In this document: positions 46,000-47,757 of the stretch, in pieces
Position numbering within the stretch: position 1 is the first letter of the stretch
Layout of the letters: every line of letters begins with the position of its first letter
Source: Myxococcota bacterium
Lineage (GTDB): Bacteria; Myxococcota; XYA12-FULL-58-9; JALHOP01
Reading direction: 5' to 3'
DNA: 47,757 bases
NCBI GenBank assembly: GCA_041288095.1
Contig: JBGGMJ010000163.1
Coordinates: 1 to 47,757, forward strand
The notes under the pieces: model-generated
What the model was told of the DNA's origin: nothing
Database searches by the model: none
Seen by the model: only the letters and a program-made list of their open reading frames with translations
Position numbers and translations under genes: made by a program

Positions 46000-47295
46000 C
46001 TACCGATTGTGTTGTGCGAAGACGTCGAGGGGACGCGCTGGGCGGCAGCGGTGAGTCGCCTGGAAGACCCCGTAGTGCGCGTCGATCTCGGCGTCCTGGC
46101 CGGGCTCGAGGAAGGCGAGACACGGGCGAGTGCGATCGCCGAACAGACCCTCGGAGTCGAAGAGGAAGGCGCGGCCGTCGCGCAGGCGGCCGAAGGTGAC
46201 CGCGTGGCCTCGACCTTCGAGCAAGAAGGCGTCTCCCGCCGCCGCGGTGCGCGCAAGACCCGTCCACGGCACGGAACGGCCGGTGGGCTCGACATTGATG
46301 CCGCAGGCGCGCAGCGCTTGCCCGGTCTCATAGGCGTTGAGGCCCGAGGTGTGCTGCTGCGTGACCAGCAAGCTATCGGCGAGCTGTTGTAGCAGCGGTG
46401 CCGTGACCCGGCGGGGCGTCTGTCGCAGCGTCGCCAGCGTCGCTTTGGCCTTGTCGAGCTCCGCTTCGAGACAGGTGATGACGCGCTCGAGCAGCTTCAG
46501 CTCGTCGCCCGTGAGCTGGTACAGCGCGAGCATCTGACCAGCGGTCGCGAGATCGAGCTGGCGCTCGCCCAAGGTGACGCTGGACTCCCCACCTTTTGGA
46601 GCATCGACTCGGTACCAGGGAAGGTTCGCGCGCGTCGCGGGCACGGCGATGCGCTTGGTATTCTCGATACCAACGCCATCGCGGACGAACCACTTGAGCA
46701 TCTCGGCGTCCGGGCGCGCGACGCCGAGGATCACCTCGGTGCTTTGCAGCGCGACCGCGGCGACACTCACGGCGCGACTGCCGTCGGCGACGAAAAACGC
46801 GGTATCACCCAACCGCGGTGGCACACCGACCCCGATGCCCGGCGACTTCGCGAGGTCGTAGCCAAGCTCGAAGAGCGCGTTCTCGGGGGTCAAGCGGAAG
46901 GCGTCGATGTGTCGCTGCAGCTCCGGCAGCAAGGTCGCGCGCGCCTTTGCCCGCACGGATGCGTCGGGCGCGTCGAGCTCGTCGATGATGCCCCACAAGC
47001 TCTGAACGCGCGCTTCGAGCTCGCGCACCACGAAACCCGCCATGCCATCCACGTAGGGGGCGCCGGCCATGGACACAATCGCTATCGCGGACGATGCCGA
47101 GCACCGCGTGGTGTCCCAGTTGGTGGTGATGAGATCGTCGATCTGGTGGGTCTTGGAGACGGTGGCGACGACCTGCTCGAAGGCGTCGGTACCCTGCGCC
47201 CCGCTCTCACGCGCGTCGGCGGCGCCCGGGCCCCCGGCGGCAGCGGACGGACGCGGCGCGCCCGAAGGTGCCGTTACAGGGCGAAGCTGAACCAC
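46000..47295 (-). CDS. Hypothetical effector-like protein with a papain-fold Cys/His/Asp arrangement
   Basis: Disordered N-terminus ending TDAFE; TRCSASS (C65), GHAVTFG (H364), FLFDS (D380). Confidence 0.55.
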   Translation of the reverse strand: MVQLRPVTAPSGAPRPSAAAGGPGAADARESGAQGTDAFEQVVATVSKTHQIDDLITTNWDTTRCSASSAIAIVSMAGAPYVDGMAGFVVRELEARVQSLWGIIDELDAPDASVRAKARATLLPELQRHIDAFRLTPENALFELGYDLAKSPGIGVGVPPRLGDTAFFVADGSRAVSVAAVALQSTEVILGVARPDAEMLKWFVRDGVGIENTKRIAVPATRANLPWYRVDAPKGGESSVTLGERQLDLATAGQMLALYQLTGDELKLLERVITCLEAELDKAKATLATLRQTPRRVTAPLLQQLADSLLVTQQHTSGLNAYETGQALRACGINVEPTGRSVPWTGLARTAAAGDAFLLEGRGHAVTFGRLRDGRAFLFDSEGLFGDRTRPCLAFLEPGQDAEIDAHYGVFQATHRCRPARPLDVFAQHNR

Positions 47296-47366
47296 GGGCC
47301 TTTATCGCCCGGAGGGTTCCGCGGGTTGCGCCACAACTACCGCGATTCCCGCGCGATAACTGCTTC

Positions 47367-47699
47367 ATGGGCAGCTTTCGCATCGGTGATCTCAAGGTTC
47401 CCTGCTGGCGCCGCGACGACCGCGCGCCACGCTCCATGGGCCGCCAAGTCGGCGCCTTGGTCACCGTCTTCGACCGCCAGAAGGATATGCGCTCGATCGG
47501 CGCGTTGATGCAGGGCATTCGCTGGATCGACGAGACCCATACGAAAGACGACACCATCGACGCCGCCGAGTGGCAGGCGGTGACCCGCGCCATGCGCAAG
47601 GCCCTTGGCGACGGCAACCGCGTCCACGACCTCGAAGGCCGCGCGGAGCGCCTCGAGCAGGCATTCGCGCAGGAAGCCGCGGCGCTTCGAAAGGCCTGA
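47367..47699 (+). CDS. Small hypothetical protein
   Basis: Coding-like bias from ATG at 47367; degenerate EF-hand-like DDTIDAAEW; followed by a terminator-like hairpin. Confidence 0.55.
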   Translation: MGSFRIGDLKVPCWRRDDRAPRSMGRQVGALVTVFDRQKDMRSIGALMQGIRWIDETHTKDDTIDAAEWQAVTRAMRKALGDGNRVHDLEGRAERLEQAFAQEAAALRKA

Positions 47700-47725
47700 G
47701 CGGCTGGAGCCGCGGGGGGCCTTTT
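47690..47725 (+). terminator. Putative intrinsic terminator
   Basis: AAAGGCC...GCGGCT-GG-AGCCGC...GGCCTTTT nested inverted repeat ending in a T run. Confidence 0.45.
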
Positions 47726-47757
47726 GCTCGCCGCGCGAGTTTGGGCCACAACCTCGG

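Noticed and set aside
1..47757. tRNA, rRNA, integrase, transposase or prophage genes
   Set aside because: None recognised; intergenic gaps are short and mostly explained.

Overview
High-GC, gene-dense chromosomal window from a probable Myxococcota bacterium (MYXO-CTERM-like sorting tags, PEGA Ser/Thr kinase, TraB-like OmpA protein, CarH-type regulator). It holds about 48 CDSs. I found no rRNA, tRNA, CRISPR array or mobile element. Main highlight: a B12/CarH-regulated carotenoid operon (TPR protein-crtY-crtE-crtI-crtB-unknown 5-TM protein-GT1) with a recognisable CarH operator. The operon has a glycosyltransferase but no known carotenoid hydroxylase, so the 5-TM protein with four [D/E]xxxH motifs is a candidate new hydroxylase. 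Other points of interest: (1) a 1168-aa surface 'polyprotein' with PA14 and Asp-rich repeats, an internal MYXO-CTERM, a second signal peptide and a TraB-like barrel/OmpA domain; (2) an ECF/NrsF pair sharing back-to-back ECF-type promoters with an AspH hydroxylase-sulfotransferase pair; (3) a 20-bp bidirectional leaderless promoter between a DODA dioxygenase and gor; (4) a putative RNA switch over the start of a STAND-like ATPase; (5) hydrolases and effector-like proteins without signal peptides (GH30, GH3, HtrA, a caspase-fold protein, a papain-fold protein); (6) a PRMT-like methyltransferase. All calls come from motif recognition by eye; no database search was run.
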